Shown here in pieces: positions 27,465 through 30,056 of a stretch of DNA of 30,056 bases. Under the pieces are notes generated by a model that was not told the origin of the DNA, ran no database searches, and saw nothing but the letters and a program-made list of their open reading frames with translations. Numbering within the stretch: the stretch's first letter is position 1; each line of letters begins with the position of its first letter. Source of the DNA: a virus (taxonomy: Duplodnaviria; Heunggongvirae; Uroviricota; Caudoviricetes). Position numbers and translations under genes: made by a program. Location: the IMG/VR virus record IMGVR_UViG_2778261301_000023; one strand, given 5' to 3'.

Positions 27465-28227
27465 GCATGATCTCCACCATGTGCTGCGTCATCCGGACAA
27501 ATCCATTTTCAATAGCCTGCTGATAATCAATGATCACCAGCGCCGACTCCTCAAAAAGGCGCTGAATTTCAGCGGGGGCGTGAGCGTAATAATCCGCAAT
27601 TCTGCTGAAATTAAACACCGTGTGGCGTTCTGCCGCGCACAGGAGGAATTTTTCGATATCAGGCTCAAGGGACGCCGAACGTATCCGGCTGATCAGCTCC
27701 TGAGTTTTCGTATCGTCGTACAGTTCACTGATATCCGGTTTATCGCCCGACGGCTCATAAACAGGCGTATCAATTTTCGTCGTATACTGCTCCTCCTCAT
27801 TTCCGGTACCTGGCAAAACTTCCATCAACAGTTCATCAATTTCTGTTGGGCTGAATCCTGTCAGGGAGATATCAAAATCAGCATTGATTAGCTCCGACAG
27901 TTCCACCCGTAACAGTTCTTCATCCCAGCCAGCGTTGAGCGGCAGGCGATTATCTGCCAGGCGGTACGCCTTTTTCTGATCATCCGTCAGGCCAGACAGA
28001 ACAATGACCGGAACAGAATCCATTTTGAGCACCTCAGCCGCCATCACGCGACCGTGACCAGCAATAATTTCGCCCTTTTCGTCAATCAGCACCGGATTGG
28101 TCCAGCCGAATTGCTTAATGCTTTCTACCAGTTGTGCCACCTGCTCAGGGCTGTGTGTCCTGGCGTTGTGCGCATACGGAGACAGTTTTTGCAACGGGCG
28201 ATAGACGATCTTCAATTTCTCGCTCAT
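27439..28227 (-). CDS. ParB-like nuclease domain protein, 262 aa
   Basis: N-terminus (KLSPYAHNARTHSPEQVAQLVESIKQFGWTNPVLIDEKGEIIAGHGRVMAAEVL) matches the ParB N-terminal domain pattern; GAGG ribosome-binding site. Confidence 0.75.
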   Translation of the reverse strand: MSEKLKIVYRPLQKLSPYAHNARTHSPEQVAQLVESIKQFGWTNPVLIDEKGEIIAGHGRVMAAEVLKMDSVPVIVLSGLTDDQKKAYRLADNRLPLNAGWDEELLRVELSELINADFDISLTGFSPTEIDELLMEVLPGTGNEEEQYTTKIDTPVYEPSGDKPDISELYDDTKTQELISRIRSASLEPDIEKFLLCAAERHTVFNFSRIADYYAHAPAEIQRLFEESALVIIDYQQAIENGFVRMTQHMVEIMHGGEEEYA

Positions 28228-28350
28228 ACAGCCTCGCTTTATGAATAAAAAAGCCCGCTATCGGCCAGTGCGCTGGGTGCGCGGCGGGTGCTGATAACGA
28301 GCTTTGACATTATCGCAGCCCCTCACACTGAAGGGCTGCTGTAATGCCTG

Positions 28351-28647
28351 TTACTCAGTAACAACTGCGCCTTCCGGTAATTTCATACCGGCAAATACCG
28401 GACAACCAGGATGACAATCATCTTCTGTTGCTTCCAGCATTGACTCACCAAACCACTCCGTCGTGGCGCGACCATCAGCTGCTTTGTAGTGGATCAAGTA
28501 CTGGTTTTCGCCATCCGCATACTGCGCGCGGGCTTTAACCTCCCCCCATTCATCACTGATGCGCATCTCCACCAGTTGAGACAACTCAAACTTAAACGGA
28601 GCAGCATCAGCACCAATTACAATCGGTTTGTTTTTTGTTTTTTCCAT
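28351..28647 (-). CDS. Hypothetical protein, about 98 aa
   Basis: Start taken at the second ATG, which follows AGGAGA; no recognised motif. Confidence 0.4.
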   Translation of the reverse strand: MEKTKNKPIVIGADAAPFKFELSQLVEMRISDEWGEVKARAQYADGENQYLIHYKAADGRATTEWFGESMLEATEDDCHPGCPVFAGMKLPEGAVVTE

Positions 28648-28785
28648 CATCGTCTCCTGATATCGAAGCCCGCCGCCGCACCGGGCGCTGATCAACATTT
28701 GAGTATTCGCAGCGAAAGAAAGAATTTATTTTATTGAGTAGCCACAAACACAGAATTTCGTGCTTTCCAGACGATGGCGCATCCT

Positions 28786-29004
28786 TCATTTTTCAGCAAA
28801 ATATTCTGCTCTTACAGGCGATAAGTTCTGCAGACACTGCCGAACACCGTCAACAATTTCGCAGACCTGAGAAGCCGTATCGAAAAGCTGGCGCGCCTTA
28901 TCCAGGCTAACGCATCCCACCAGGAAAAAAGGCACCAGTATCGCTACCAGTGCCCATTTCGCCGCCGTTCGCGGCATTCTGTGTGTCCAGTGTTTTCTGC
29001 TCAT
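28786..29004 (-). CDS. Small lipoprotein (possible outer-membrane spanin or exclusion lipoprotein)
   Basis: Signal-peptide-like segment ending in the lipobox LVGC; short mature part; sits directly after the endolysin gene. The start is taken at the internal Met (MSRK). Confidence 0.4.
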   Translation of the reverse strand: MSRKHWTHRMPRTAAKWALVAILVPFFLVGCVSLDKARQLFDTASQVCEIVDGVRQCLQNLSPVRAEYFAEK

Positions 29005-29018
29005 AACACACCTGGTTA

Positions 29019-29402
29019 TCAGCGTTTCAACTGAAAGTGAGGCCCGTCTTTCAGTGTTTTCCAGTCCCCGCCCCATTCGATGGCAGTTCCCAGCTCTGCG
29101 GCAGCCTTCTTAAATGCCTGCGCGATTTTCTCGTACAGAGGCCAGTCCCATGACACCTGGCTGCCAACCCAGGCAACAACATCCACCGCATCACCGGTCA
29201 GGTGGCGGCTGTTCATGGTCTGGCTTTTCCCTTCCGCGACCAGCTGTTTCTGGCGTTCTTTCGTGCGCAGCCCTTCCGTAATACCGAAATCAACCTCCGT
29301 CAGCTCCAGCGCACGGCGAACGACAGCAACCAGCTGTGGTTTAACGCCCTCCAGATTTTTTTCACTGCGACGGCTGAATCTGAATTTACCCGACATATTC
29401 AC
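29019..29402 (-). CDS. Endolysin, peptidase M15 (L-alanyl-D-glutamate peptidase / VanY-like) type, 127 aa
   Basis: Small protein with His/Asp motifs (SRHLTGDAVDV ... GGDW ... GPHF) typical of M15 endolysins; sits between holin-like and lipoprotein genes. Confidence 0.7.
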   Translation of the reverse strand: MNMSGKFRFSRRSEKNLEGVKPQLVAVVRRALELTEVDFGITEGLRTKERQKQLVAEGKSQTMNSRHLTGDAVDVVAWVGSQVSWDWPLYEKIAQAFKKAAAELGTAIEWGGDWKTLKDGPHFQLKR

Positions 29403-29674
29403 CTCAACAATGGAAAGATTTTTGTGACGTTCCCGCGTGCGCGTATCACCAGCACGCAGAACAGCAGGTTAAAAAACACTTCCAGCCAGCCCGTTGCTAA
29501 CGGGCGACCACACAGATAGCTGAGGGGCGCAAAGGCATACAGCAGCATCAGCAGCCACGCCAGCCATGACATCAGCGGTTTATGTCTGGAATCACGGCGA
29601 CGATAAAAAAAGAGCGTCAGCACGATAACCGTGCATAACGCTACATTCAGCAATCCGGGAAGGTTACTTAACAT
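29399..29674 (-). CDS. Small membrane protein, holin/antiholin-like (two predicted transmembrane helices)
   Basis: Hydrophobic segments LLNVALCTVIVLTLFF and WLAWLLMLLYAFAPL; overlaps the endolysin start. The start is taken at MLSNLPG. Confidence 0.4.
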   Translation of the reverse strand: MLSNLPGLLNVALCTVIVLTLFFYRRRDSRHKPLMSWLAWLLMLLYAFAPLSYLCGRPLATGWLEVFFNLLFCVLVIRARGNVTKIFPLLR

Positions 29675-30056
29675 TGCCGCCTCCTCCACCCCGCAGACGG
29701 GAGAACAGGCCGGACACAAGTGATGCAATATCCTGCTGGTGGATGAACGAGAGAATCTTCACCGACACCACTGACACCAGCACTGCACACAGTGCGTCGA
29801 CAGGCGCACCGTCAAACCCTGTATGCTTTACCAGCCAGGATGCCAGAACCTCTGCGCCCAGCACGCCGATAATGAACGACACCAGAAAATGCGCCGCCAC
29901 ACGCCAGGCTGAAAGCGCCTGCGGCATCGTTGCCACAAATAACGCCCCGGCGAACGCACCAAACACAATCCCGAAATCCGTTCCGGTAAACAGCCCGAAT
30001 ACCGTCGCCCCGCCGAGCGCCACAGCCGTACCGGAACCGGATAAGGGTTCAGACAT
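29664..30056 (-). CDS. Putative holin (multi-pass small membrane protein), 130 aa
   Basis: ATG at the window end; several Gly/Ala-rich hydrophobic helices; first gene of the lysis cluster. Confidence 0.5.
   Translation of the reverse strand: MSEPLSGSGTAVALGGATVFGLFTGTDFGIVFGAFAGALFVATMPQALSAWRVAAHFLVSFIIGVLGAEVLASWLVKHTGFDGAPVDALCAVLVSVVSVKILSFIHQQDIASLVSGLFSRLRGGGGGNVK

Noticed and set aside
28304-28339. TTGACA hexamer and a 7-bp-stem hairpin (gcagccc / gggctgc) in the intergenic region between the ParB-like gene and the upstream small gene
   Set aside because: No convincing -10 element at the right spacing on either strand, and the hairpin lacks a U-tract on the minus strand; too weak to call a promoter or terminator.
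1-30056. CRISPR array, tRNA or rRNA genes, integrase, transposase or attachment site
   Set aside because: No spacer-repeat array, no cloverleaf-like candidate that I could verify by eye, and no recombinase-like ORF. The integration module is presumably outside the window.

Overview
The window reads as the late (morphogenesis) region of a temperate contractile-tailed prophage, probably in an enterobacterial host, with nearly all genes on the minus strand. Reading from high to low coordinates: a lysis cassette (holin, second membrane protein, M15-type endolysin, lipoprotein), a ParB-like nuclease with a glycosyltransferase-like partner, small and large terminase subunits, portal, head morphogenesis, scaffold and major capsid genes, four neck/connector genes, tail sheath and tube, a tail-chaperone pair with a -1 frameshift site, tape measure, baseplate genes, and a tail fiber with its assembly protein. 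After that comes a decayed second tail-fiber/Tfa set. Three things stand out as accessory cargo. First, an AT-rich single gene (7249..8409) with its own ribosome-binding site and terminator is wedged between baseplate genes and encodes a PD-(D/E)xK nuclease of the type I restriction HsdR N-terminal kind with an unrecognised C-terminal half; this is my best candidate for an undescribed defence or exclusion function. Second, an AT-rich plus-strand pair (1..1892) beyond the tail-fiber locus encodes two membrane-anchored coiled-coil proteins of unknown function. Third, the ParB-like/glycosyltransferase-like pair upstream of the terminase may be a DNA- or surface-modification module. No rRNA, tRNA, CRISPR array, integrase or transposase was recognised. 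All calls rest on reading the sequence and the ORF translations by eye; no database search was run, and base composition was judged visually, not computed.
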